Assembly: GCA_033763455.1 (NCBI GenBank) | Contig: JANRKO010000045.1 | Location: 83,213 to 147,212 of the forward strand | Source of the DNA: Polyangiaceae bacterium | GTDB taxonomy: Bacteria > Myxococcota_A > Polyangia > Polyangiales > Polyangiaceae | DNA length: 64,000 bases | Direction: 5' to 3' | Shown here: piece by piece, positions 39,016-47,001 of the stretch | Position numbering within the stretch: the first letter of the stretch is position 1 | How the letters are laid out: each line of letters opens with the position of its first letter | The notes under the pieces: model-generated | What the model was told of the DNA's origin: nothing | Seen by the model: only the letters and a program-made list of their open reading frames with translations | Databases searched by the model: none | Position numbers and translations under genes: made by a program

Positions 39016-40363
39016 GAGCGTGTCAGAATTTTCGTGTAGCTTGACTCATACGGGCAAACGACCTTCGAAAAAAATGTCGAGTTGAGCGAGGGTGCGATAC
39101 CAAGACTTATCTGCGTTCCACCGGGTCTTAGCGTTGCGGATGGCAAGGAAAAAGAGCTTGAAGACGGCCTCGTCGTTGGGAAATGGGCCTCGATTTCTCA
39201 GAGGCTTCCGCAATTGCGAGTTTAGAGATTCGATGGCATTTGTCGTGTAAAGTATGCGCCGAAGTTCGGGGGGATAGGCAAGAAACGGAACAAAGTGCTC
39301 CCAGCGATTGCGGAAGGTGCGAGCGACCCCGGGATACTTGCTGTTGTATCTGGCCTCAATGGCCTCAAGCTCCGCCTTGGCCTGTGTTTCGTTTTCGGCG
39401 GTGTACATCGGCCGCAGTGCCGTAGCCAACTCCTTGCGGTCTGTCCACGACACGTAACGGAGTGCGTTTCGGATGAGATGCACGATGCACGTCTGCAGCA
39501 CGGCACGCGGGAAGGCCGCCTCCAGCGCCTTGTCGAGCCCAGAAAGGCCGTCGGCGCATACGAAGAGAATGTCCTCGACGCCTCGGCCTTTGAGTTCCGT
39601 GAGGATATTCAGCCAGAATTTGGCCCCCTCGGTTTCGGCCGCCCAGATGCCCAGGACGTCTCGTGTTCCGTTCAGGGTAACGCCCAGTGCGACGTAGAAG
39701 GCCCGTTTTTGCACTTGCACGCCATCTCGCACCGATACGAAAAGTGCATCGAGGTAAACCACTGGGTACACTGCATCTAGCGGGCGGCTTTGCCAGTCCC
39801 GGAACGCCGGCATCACAGCGTCCGTTGCTTTGGAAATGAGCTCGTGGGAGACGTCCGTACCGTACAGTTCCCGCAGGTGAGCCTGAATGTCACGCGTCGT
39901 CATGCCGCGGGCGTAGAGCGCCAAGACCTTGTCGTCGAAGCCTTCTACGCGCCGCTGGTGCTTCTTCACCACCTGGGGCACGAAGGTCCCATTCCGATCC
40001 CGCGGCACCCGGATTCGAACCGGCCCAGACTCGGTGTGCACGGTCTTGTCGCTGTGCCCATTGCGCACGTTGGGGCTGTCTCCCGTGCCGCTTGCCTCCT
40101 CCAGGTGCGCGGCGAGCTCACCCTCCAGCAGGCGCTCCATCACCGCGCCCTTGAGCTGTGTGAACAGCCCCTCCGGGCCGAACATGTCACCCCCGTCTGC
40201 GGCGCACTCGGCTATCAGTCGGTCGAGAAACTCACGCTTCTCGGCTGCAAGTTCCCGGTTGCTTTTTGATGGTGTAGAATTTTTCTTTGTTGATTGTGTT
40301 TCCATGAGTGACTCCCTTTAAGTCACCCGTTTTGTCAAATTACACAAACTTTCTGACACTCCC
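39016..40363 (-). mobile_element. IS256-family element
   Basis: ~30-bp imperfect IRs (GAGCGTGTCAGAATTTTCGTGTAGCTTGAC / GGGAGTGTCAGAAAGTTTGTGTAATTTGAC); 8-bp TSD AAAACCTT at 39008-39015 and 40364-40371. Confidence 0.95.
39046..40305 (-). CDS. IS256-family (Mutator-type) DDE transposase
   Basis: RNGHS..VPRDR, LYARGMTTRDI, VYLDAL, DGLSG, QTCIVH, YTTNAIESLN; frame intact. Confidence 0.95.
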   Translation of the reverse strand: METQSTKKNSTPSKSNRELAAEKREFLDRLIAECAADGGDMFGPEGLFTQLKGAVMERLLEGELAAHLEEASGTGDSPNVRNGHSDKTVHTESGPVRIRVPRDRNGTFVPQVVKKHQRRVEGFDDKVLALYARGMTTRDIQAHLRELYGTDVSHELISKATDAVMPAFRDWQSRPLDAVYPVVYLDALFVSVRDGVQVQKRAFYVALGVTLNGTRDVLGIWAAETEGAKFWLNILTELKGRGVEDILFVCADGLSGLDKALEAAFPRAVLQTCIVHLIRNALRYVSWTDRKELATALRPMYTAENETQAKAELEAIEARYNSKYPGVARTFRNRWEHFVPFLAYPPELRRILYTTNAIESLNSQLRKPLRNRGPFPNDEAVFKLFFLAIRNAKTRWNADKSWYRTLAQLDIFFEGRLPV

Positions 40364-40848
40364 AAAACCTTCGCTGGTACCGGAGCCGTCACAACATGCT
40401 TGCCACAAGAGCAAACGAGCTTTTCTCGATTGTAGATGCGCCGGCGAAAATGCCCCGGCACATAGTCGACGATCGTTGTCGGCTTGGGTGACGCAATCTT
40501 CTGCAATTCGTCCTTGCCACACTTCGGGCAACACCGAAGTGGCTCCGGTACCGGCGTCTCGACCGTTTCCGTCGTCATCGTTGCTGCCTTCAGCTCAGCG
40601 TTCTTTTCGCGAGTGCGCTGACTTTGCACCGGATCAGGCTTCTTACCGCGCCGGACCTCGCGCGCCATCGGCGGCATTTTCTCGCTCTTCTTCCCAAAGA
40701 TGTGCCGCTTCAATGCCTCGATTTCGGCCTTAGCGCGCTCCATTTCGGCCCTGGTGCGCTCCATCTCAGCCTTCGAGTGCTCAAGCTCCGCGGTGATCTT
40801 GCTCACCTCGTTTTTCCACTCGCACTCGTGGCTCTGCTCGCCCATCGA

Positions 40849-41253
40849 CTAGGTTTGATCAAAGTTTGGCTGATCTGTCGATCCCTTTTTTTCTCTTTCT
40901 TCACTCGATGTTTGCCAGTGTCGAGCGCGGCGCACCATGTTCACGTCGATGCCATCCAGCAGCATCGCCAGTTCGGTCGAATCGAGCTCAGTATGTGTGC
41001 TCGCGCTCTTCACCTTAGGAAGACGAAAGCAGCCGCGCTCCAAACGCTTGTAATACAAGACGAATCCACCGCGGTCCCAGAAGAGGATCTTGCAACGGTC
41101 GCGCCGCTTGCCGACAAAAATGAAGAGATGCCCTGCGAAAAGCTCGCGTTTCCAGTCGTTCCGGACAATGGCAGCCAAGCCATCGTGCCCCCGCCGCATG
41201 TCGACGGGCTCCGCGGCAATCCACAACTTCACGCTCAACGGTAACGTCAGCAT
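40849..41253 (-). CDS. tnpB: IS66 accessory protein TnpB
   Basis: PVDMRRGHDGL, KILFWDRGGFVLYYKRLERGCF, LAMLLDGID. Confidence 0.93.
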   Translation of the reverse strand: MLTLPLSVKLWIAAEPVDMRRGHDGLAAIVRNDWKRELFAGHLFIFVGKRRDRCKILFWDRGGFVLYYKRLERGCFRLPKVKSASTHTELDSTELAMLLDGIDVNMVRRARHWQTSSEEREKKGSTDQPNFDQT

Positions 41254-41558
41254 CAGCCGCGCAGCGCACGCATCACAGCCGCGACATACTCGGAGCTCGC
41301 CCCAATGAGCGCCACAACCGGCGCTTCCGGTCCATGGGTCAGGAGCTCGTGACGCACCTTCACCGGCACGAATCGCGCCAGCGGTGCTCGCCGCCGCGAC
41401 ACCCGCTTCTTGCTAGACATCACCCGCCCTTTCAAAGTGTACGGGTTTACGCCGTGTTTCTTAGCCAACTCGTGATACGTCGCGCCGCCTGCACGGTACT
41501 CCTCCACCACCGAGTTCCAGAACTTATCGTCTCGTCGCTCAACTTTCATCGGCAACAA
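41253..41558 (-). CDS. tnpA: IS66 accessory protein TnpA
   Basis: HTH-like N-terminus, ARFVPVKV motif, first ORF inside the IS66 end. Confidence 0.75.
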   Translation of the reverse strand: MLPMKVERRDDKFWNSVVEEYRAGGATYHELAKKHGVNPYTLKGRVMSSKKRVSRRRAPLARFVPVKVRHELLTHGPEAPVVALIGASSEYVAAVMRALRG

Positions 41559-42188
41559 GTAACCCGAACGCCGGCTTCATCAGGCCCTGTACTTCACGCT
41601 ACGGTTACGGCCTATCGCCGTCAGAACTTAGTGGCCAATAGCCAAGTGCTCCTGGATATTCTTGATGATGGAACCGTGTGCCGCTCGGCAGATCTCGCTG
41701 TTAACTGGTCCTCGGTAGCCCTTTCTGGAACCGTGAACAGCGATGCTGTGTGGACGGGCGCCGAGTTCTTTGTCTGGGGTCACGATACCAACAACACTCC
41801 GACAGCATTTCACAGCCCGGATGGTTCGTCTTGGGTGGCCACAACCACTTCGCTCGCGGGCCAGCGTGGCCCCGAGCTCAATCGGATCGGAGTGAGCGAC
41901 ACAGGAACCTTCGTGGCAACGAACGGCGGCGTTTACGAGCAGCAGCACTTCTACGGAAGCCAAGATGGCATCTCGTGGGTGGAAGTGCCTGAAGGAGCCT
42001 TCACACCGAGCCACACCATCAACTTTATCCGCCACGGTCGAGGCAACAAGCCGGCAGTATGCAACGAATGAAACTCATATCCTATTTTCCGCGAGTCCGT
42101 GTGTGCGCACAAAAAGAAATGCCTACTCCGCAGGCCGGTGAATGCTTGCAGAGTAGGCACTTTGGCCAGAGATACCTCCGACTCCTGG

Positions 42189-42518
42189 TTACCACCAACG
42201 CTTGAACTTCCCGTCACGGCCCCGGTACCGCTCCACCGGGGGGTCCCAGGATGCGACTCGTCCCAGCAGCTGCAAAGCACCGCCCCCTATGATTGCTGCG
42301 ATGCCGAGGCGTGCCCAAACGTTCGAGCTACCCGCCGGTACCCGCGGAGTAGGCTGCGGTGCGGATACCGGGTGGGCTGCCGGTGGGACGCCTGGGGGGA
42401 TGGTGAGACCTCCGGCTTCGGGGGAGGCGTCCAGATCCCGCGTGAGCACAGCCCTTTCGGAGCGCTCAATTCCGCTCTTTTCCGCTTCAGTAGGTGACGA
42501 TGATTCAATAATTGCCAT
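42189..42518 (-). CDS. Small hypothetical membrane protein (109 aa)
   Basis: RBS GAGAGGA before ATG 42518; Pro-rich region, one hydrophobic helix, basic tail RYRGRDGKFKRWW. Confidence 0.6.
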   Translation of the reverse strand: MAIIESSSPTEAEKSGIERSERAVLTRDLDASPEAGGLTIPPGVPPAAHPVSAPQPTPRVPAGSSNVWARLGIAAIIGGGALQLLGRVASWDPPVERYRGRDGKFKRWW

Positions 42519-42776
42519 ATTATCCTCTCGGTTGTGGGTAAAATCCAGGAACTTTGGCACGAACAAACAGCTGCTCGTGCCCTGCCCCAGGATGTCTTTA
42601 TTGCCGCGCGCTTGGACCCGGTCATGTCCGCAACCCCTGCAGAAGCATCGCGACGCGGTCGGCGATCCCCTTCAGCGCTACGCTCAACAGGTGATCCGCC
42701 AGCAGACGGTCAATCCACAGAAGGCCTCCAGTGTTCCGATCGATTGGCAATCGATCAGTGATCACATTCCGGGCAC

Positions 42777-44135
42777 TTACGCCGATGGACGAGGCAGTCT
42801 GCGGATCAGCACCCTGCTGCGAATCCCCGGCATTCTGCGCGGTCTCGATACATGCCGGCGGTTCGATTCCCGGCGCCTCCACCCATTTTCATCGGATTTT
42901 TCTGGGGTATTTTGGGACGCGACATGAGACGCGACATGAACTTCAGGTTCACCTTCGTTCGTGTCGCCATGTGCCGAGGGGGCGGCTAGGGCTCGGCCGA
43001 ACCGTGACGGCAGCGCTGGCGGAGGCAGAGAAACTCCGGCGAGCGGCTCTCCGTAGTCCAAGCACCCCACCGCTTCGCACAGGGGCGCCCAATCAAAATG
43101 GGTGTACTGGTCGATGATGACCCCGGTCGCGTTGTGGGTGACGCGTTCAAGTACATCGGAGCGCGCACCACCCCGTCGAGCCCAGGTGATCATAGTGTGC
43201 CGGGTCAGGTGGCAGCCCTCGAAGCGAACGCCGACGAGCCCACAGGCGTGGCGCATGGCCTTGTACGCGCTCGATTTGGTGTGGTTGCCGCCGCGGGTAG
43301 CCGGGACAATGAAGTCGTCCAGGGTCGGAGGCCGGCAAAATGTCAACTCGAAGCCATGCTCCCACCAGTCCCGGAGGATCGCGTCGAGGTCGGGGTGGAC
43401 GGGAACCTTGCGTGCGCTGTCGGTTTTAAGGGGTTCGTCCAAGTACTGAGTGCTCACATGCAAACTTCCAAGCGGCTCCACTTTGGGATCCCAATCCCGC
43501 CACCGACGGCCGCAGGCTTCACCTTCACGGACGCCACAGTACAACATCAATGCGAGCAGCACGCGCACAGACGGAGTTAGTCTTTCATCGTGCAGCAGAG
43601 TGCGCGCCTCTTCCCGAGTGTAAACTCGGCGTTCGGAGCGTGGCGGTTTTGGGAGCAGCTTGCGCGGCAGCGCTAGAAAAGGATCGACGGCGATTAGCCC
43701 TTCAAGCCTTGCGTCGCGGAACATTGTACGCACTACCCCCCGCACGCTCCTTGCAGTCCTTGCCGCCAATTCATTCCCGCGCACCTTTTCGCCGAGCCAG
43801 CGAACGTAACGCAGCGCCTCGGGCTCTCCGATTTCGTGCAAATGTATTTTGGTGCCAAAGTATCCGACAAAGTGATCGCGCAAGCGCTGACGGTCATCCT
43901 TAGCTGTCCGATTAGTGCGCGCCTTGCCCCACGTTTCAGCATATTTCGCAGCAGATACGGCACCTGTGTGCTGGCCAGGTTGAAATCTACCTTCGCGTAT
44001 TTCGCGTTTCCGGAGAGACTCGATCCGCTGGGCTTCTCGCTTGTCGGTCCCGACTAGTTCCTGAAGTTGACGACCTTGGAACTGATAGGTTGCAAAATGG
44101 ACGCTCTTGCCCGATGCACGCTTGCGGCTAAACAT
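42777..44135 (-). CDS. int: Tyrosine recombinase / phage-type integrase
   Basis: Catalytic R (GVREGE), K (PLKT), HxxR (HLTRH), H (VTHN), Y (DQYTH); the C-terminus reads through the att core (WRRRESN). Confidence 0.9.
   Translation of the reverse strand: MFSRKRASGKSVHFATYQFQGRQLQELVGTDKREAQRIESLRKREIREGRFQPGQHTGAVSAAKYAETWGKARTNRTAKDDRQRLRDHFVGYFGTKIHLHEIGEPEALRYVRWLGEKVRGNELAARTARSVRGVVRTMFRDARLEGLIAVDPFLALPRKLLPKPPRSERRVYTREEARTLLHDERLTPSVRVLLALMLYCGVREGEACGRRWRDWDPKVEPLGSLHVSTQYLDEPLKTDSARKVPVHPDLDAILRDWWEHGFELTFCRPPTLDDFIVPATRGGNHTKSSAYKAMRHACGLVGVRFEGCHLTRHTMITWARRGGARSDVLERVTHNATGVIIDQYTHFDWAPLCEAVGCLDYGEPLAGVSLPPPALPSRFGRALAAPSAHGDTNEGEPEVHVASHVASQNTPEKSDENGWRRRESNRRHVSRPRRMPGIRSRVLIRRLPRPSA
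42860..42883 (+). other. att core resembling the tmRNA (ssrA) 3' end; a fragment, not an intact RNA gene
   Basis: GGTTCGATTCCCGGCGCCTCCACC = T-loop, 3' T-stem and Ala-type acceptor 3' strand; the 5' T-stem is broken and there is no tmRNA 5' end upstream. Confidence 0.72.
42916..42939. repeat. Perfect tandem 12-mer GACGCGACATGA x2, putative integrase arm-type sites
   Basis: Exact tandem repeat 32 bp from the att core; encodes HVASHVAS in int. Confidence 0.6.
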
Positions 44136-44538
44136 GATTCGTACCTCTCATTCCGATCCAAGAAATTAGTTCAGACCTAAGGAAGCGCCATGCTGATCCG
44201 ATTCGATGGGCGGGAAGTTGGTACTCGCGATGCCATGACACGACGGTTTTTCCGCAAACTCCCAACAGCTTCGCGGCATCGTTGAGCGTGAGGACTTCAT
44301 CCGTTGCCGAGATCCTCTTCGGCACGGTGTCGCGCGCCAAGGCGTGGCCCCCGCCAGGAAGTCGACATTGAGGCGCACGTTGCTGGTGGGCAGGCTCGGT
44401 TGATTCAACACCGGTCCGACGCCTAGCGTCGCCCGAGCCAACCCATCCGCCTCGACCTCCGCGTCGGCTCGCGGGGCCAACATCGTCGTGTTCATGCGCA
44501 TTGTGCGCCAAATTCGCAAATTTTGTTGCTCTAGACAT
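44128..44538 (-). CDS. xis: Excisionase / MerR-like HTH DNA-binding protein (start may be GTG 44325)
   Basis: EVLTLNDAAKLLGVCGKTVVSW..LPAHRIGSAWRFLRSEL; overlaps the int start. Confidence 0.8.
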   Translation of the reverse strand: MSRATKFANLAHNAHEHDDVGPASRRGGRGGWVGSGDARRRTGVESTEPAHQQRAPQCRLPGGGHALARDTVPKRISATDEVLTLNDAAKLLGVCGKTVVSWHREYQLPAHRIGSAWRFLRSELISWIGMRGTNHV

Positions 44539-44573
44539 GCGGTAACCTGTCCAAAACAGGTATCAGCCGGCCC

Positions 44574-45758
44574 TCATACCGTGCAATCGGGCTCCAGAAA
44601 TGGGGGGGCCCCGGCGCTCCCTACCCAACGATAAGCTCTGCCGTTTTTCCACTCCAACGTAGGATGCTGCTGTGCGTAAGCAACTTGGGCCGAAGTGGCG
44701 TCGCGCGCGTGGACCGTGCGCTGATTAACACGACCCTCCACCGTGCGAGATTCGCCGGAAGGGATCAAATGCGCACGCAGGCGCTCACTAACTCGTCGAG
44801 TTCGCTTCTTTACTTCCTTCCGTTGAGCGGCATCATCCACGCATTGCTGGCTCATCCCATCGTCCAGAACGCTTCCGATCCATGCTTCAGGGAAATCACC
44901 GTCATCCAAATGCAATGTCGCTCCGACAATCAGGCCTTGCGTAGGGCGTTCACCGCGTGCCCCACGGTCATAGGGAGCGGTGAGCAGGGTTTCTCGAAGG
45001 CGGTTGTCTAGCCGATACAAGCGCCGTGAAATCGAGAGGCATCTGCAGCGAACCTCAACAGCCGCCGGTTCGCGAACATCAACTCTTGCCGCGGCCGCCT
45101 CAAGTGCACCGCCCACGACGAAGAGCTCCGTTGCTAGCCTCCTCACCTCGACCATTCCAGGTGAGTCGACCCCATCCAACAAGTGATCAAGGGCTCGGCT
45201 GACGGCCAAATCGCGACACCGGTCGCCTGAAGCACAGTTTGCAGAGGGGCCGGTGTGCAGGTGGTGGCTAGCGATAAAGCGCACAAGGTTTGGATCGCGG
45301 TGAGCTTGCCGCTGCGCTCTTGGCGTAAGAAAAGGGACCTTCCCTTCCGCTACGAGCGACTTCACTAGTTCTTGCAGGGAAGGTTCCACCCGAGTTCGTT
45401 CCTTCGCACCGCGGCGCTTGTTCCGAATTTTGACACTGCCTGGGAACAATACAGGGAGGTCCCGAACTTCGCCCGCCAACGCCGTCAGCTCCGCGATGGC
45501 TCGCGAGACGGCTTCAAAGACGGGCCTGCGCGTGGATACGCGCGCAGGCCGCAAGGAAGGAAGGCTCTCAACCACGTCACCGACACGAAAACCGAGGCCG
45601 TTCACAGGATCCTCAACCAGCAACCCCTGTGAGCGAAACTGGTGCATGACGTTAACATGCAGCTTACGCATCTCCCGAACATGCTCTTCGTAAGCCCTAT
45701 CAACGGATTCGAGGGCCACGCGTAGGGAGAGCGCTCGGTTCTTCAGCCACTCGGCCAT
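44574..45758 (-). CDS. Hypothetical protein of the integrative element
   Basis: ~394-aa ORF co-oriented with xis and int; no motif recognised; start uncertain. Confidence 0.5.
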   Translation of the reverse strand: MAEWLKNRALSLRVALESVDRAYEEHVREMRKLHVNVMHQFRSQGLLVEDPVNGLGFRVGDVVESLPSLRPARVSTRRPVFEAVSRAIAELTALAGEVRDLPVLFPGSVKIRNKRRGAKERTRVEPSLQELVKSLVAEGKVPFLTPRAQRQAHRDPNLVRFIASHHLHTGPSANCASGDRCRDLAVSRALDHLLDGVDSPGMVEVRRLATELFVVGGALEAAAARVDVREPAAVEVRCRCLSISRRLYRLDNRLRETLLTAPYDRGARGERPTQGLIVGATLHLDDGDFPEAWIGSVLDDGMSQQCVDDAAQRKEVKKRTRRVSERLRAHLIPSGESRTVEGRVNQRTVHARDATSAQVAYAQQHPTLEWKNGRAYRWVGSAGAPPFLEPDCTV

Positions 45759-46133
45759 CTTCGTGGGATGCGACTTGCTTGTGCGGCGCAGACGACTGGG
45801 CATCCGGCGGAGTCTACGACGTCGCAGGCCATCGGCAAGCAAAACGCAGTGGTGGCGCAGCCGGCGCGGTGAATCTCCCACAGCCACAACCGCCCGGAAA
45901 TCCGAGCCCCCTTGGGACTATTTTTGGGCAATTAAATATTGAATAAAAAAACTCATCTGAAATGCGTTTACGAGCGAGAAACATGCCCGATTAGTGCTTT
46001 TCTGCGGGCAATAAAAAATAAATAGCAAACAAAATCCTGCGCCGTCCTCATGAACGCTCTGACGTTTACCGATCTCGGGGAAGCCTTTTGGGGGCGGCGC
46101 GGCAGCCAATCAGGTGGGGCTCCCCGCAGCCGG

Positions 46134-46451
46134 CTAACTCGCATCCCGCACAAGTCGCCTAATCGTGCCCACCTTCATGCTGCGGCTCAGATCAATGAGC
46201 CGGTGCCTTTCTGATTCTTCGGGGAATGTGACGAGATCGACGAGTTCGGTTCCGAGCCGCTCCGCGAGGAGTGCCAGCGTCTGGATCGTAGGGAGAACCA
46301 GGCCTTTCTCGATACCGCTCAGGTGCCCCTTGGATTTCAAGCCGGCTTCGTAGGCCAGCTTCTCTTGCGTAAGGCCCTGTTCTTCCCTCAAAACTCGGAT
46401 CCTTCGGCCAAGTTTGGCTCCTATGGGATCTGCGCTGTCTCGGCGTGGCAT
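46134..46451 (-). CDS. XRE-family HTH transcriptional regulator
   Basis: LGRRIRVLREEQGLTQEKLAYEAGL..HLSGIEKGLVLPTIQTL. Confidence 0.9.
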   Translation of the reverse strand: MPRRDSADPIGAKLGRRIRVLREEQGLTQEKLAYEAGLKSKGHLSGIEKGLVLPTIQTLALLAERLGTELVDLVTFPEESERHRLIDLSRSMKVGTIRRLVRDAS

Positions 46452-46457
46452 GCGAGC

Positions 46458-46504
46458 TTGACACTAGGTTCGTCTCAGATGAGGATAGTTCATCCCGGAT
46501 GAAC
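46458..46504. promoter_or_regulatory. Divergent control region: TTGACA plus two 17-bp palindromic operators
   Basis: TTGACA 46458-46463; GTTCGTCT-C-AGATGAGG 46468-46484; perfect palindrome GTTCATCC-C-GGATGAAC 46488-46504. Confidence 0.7.
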
Positions 46505-46831
46505 CTTAAGAAACCCGTGAAATTTCGGCCGAGCCTGCAGGCAAATGTGGCTGAGTTCGCAGCCCGACTCGCAAGTGACATCCAACAAGCCGCCCAGCGC
46601 GTGGACGAACAGGCCAGTCGCCTCCAGATCATTGGAGAACAAGCTGTGGTCATGACGTGCACTATCTTTCGGGACTCCGGCCCCAGGGATCTCCGCCAGC
46701 ACTCGAATGCCATCCGCGGCATCGTGGGGCATGCATTGGCAATCCTGGCCGATCTTCAATGCGAAGCCGGCCGTCTAGAAGCCTTGGCCGATCTCAAGGA
46801 CGTGGTGTCGGACGCAAGAACCCAGCAATAG
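46499..46831 (+). CDS. Hypothetical helical protein divergent from the XRE gene
   Basis: GAGGA upstream; ATG 46499 lies inside the second operator; 110 aa. Confidence 0.55.
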   Translation: MNLKKPVKFRPSLQANVAEFAARLASDIQQAAQRVDEQASRLQIIGEQAVVMTCTIFRDSGPRDLRQHSNAIRGIVGHALAILADLQCEAGRLEALADLKDVVSDARTQQ

Positions 46832-47001
46832 GGCCGGCGCTGCTAGGGCGTACCTCAGCGATTCCTCGCACAACGAAAGCCGAAAGCGCGGTTATGGTCG
46901 TACGGCATACGTGTGCCGCGGATGGCAGAGGTGAGATTCGAGACCTCGTTGCCATAGGACCCGCCACGTATCACCCGGTCCGTGGAATTCGCCCAGAGCG
47001 G

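Larger units (their letters stand above)
38017..40845 (-). pseudogene. tnpC: IS66 transposase TnpC interrupted by IS256
   Basis: N-part FGKKSEK..CCPKCG..CSCG; C-part LADETT, GCLAHARRKF, DNNQSERALR..GRKN; removing IS256 plus one TSD gives a 490-aa frame (..PAKV-FEKIQYG..). Confidence 0.92.
37960..41608 (-). mobile_element. IS66-family element (tnpA-tnpB-tnpC) containing a nested IS256
   Basis: Terminal IRs GTAACCGTAGCG(cc/tg)AAGT; 8-bp TSD GGCCTATC at 37952-37959 and 41609-41616. Confidence 0.95.
37035..42071 (+). pseudogene. Gly-linker lipoprotein with BNR/propeller-like repeats, split by IS66 (5' part 37035-37959, 3' part 41617-42071)
   Basis: Removing the IS and one TSD restores the frame ..ACTKSAY-RRQNLVANSQ..; SxDGxxW repeats occur on both sides (SCDDGQSW, SADGVNW, SPDGSSW, SQDGISW). 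Confidence 0.85.

Noticed and set aside
42622..42882. ORF beginning MEAPGIEP
   Set aside because: Typical antisense reading of a tRNA/tmRNA 3' end; no independent coding evidence
42400..42885. Intact tmRNA or tRNA gene
   Set aside because: Only the 3' ~24 nt match; the T-stem 5' strand mispairs and there is no tmRNA/tRNA 5' end at a suitable distance. Kept only as an att core
42777..46831. Prophage
   Set aside because: No capsid, terminase, tail or lysis genes recognised in the window; called an integrative element instead
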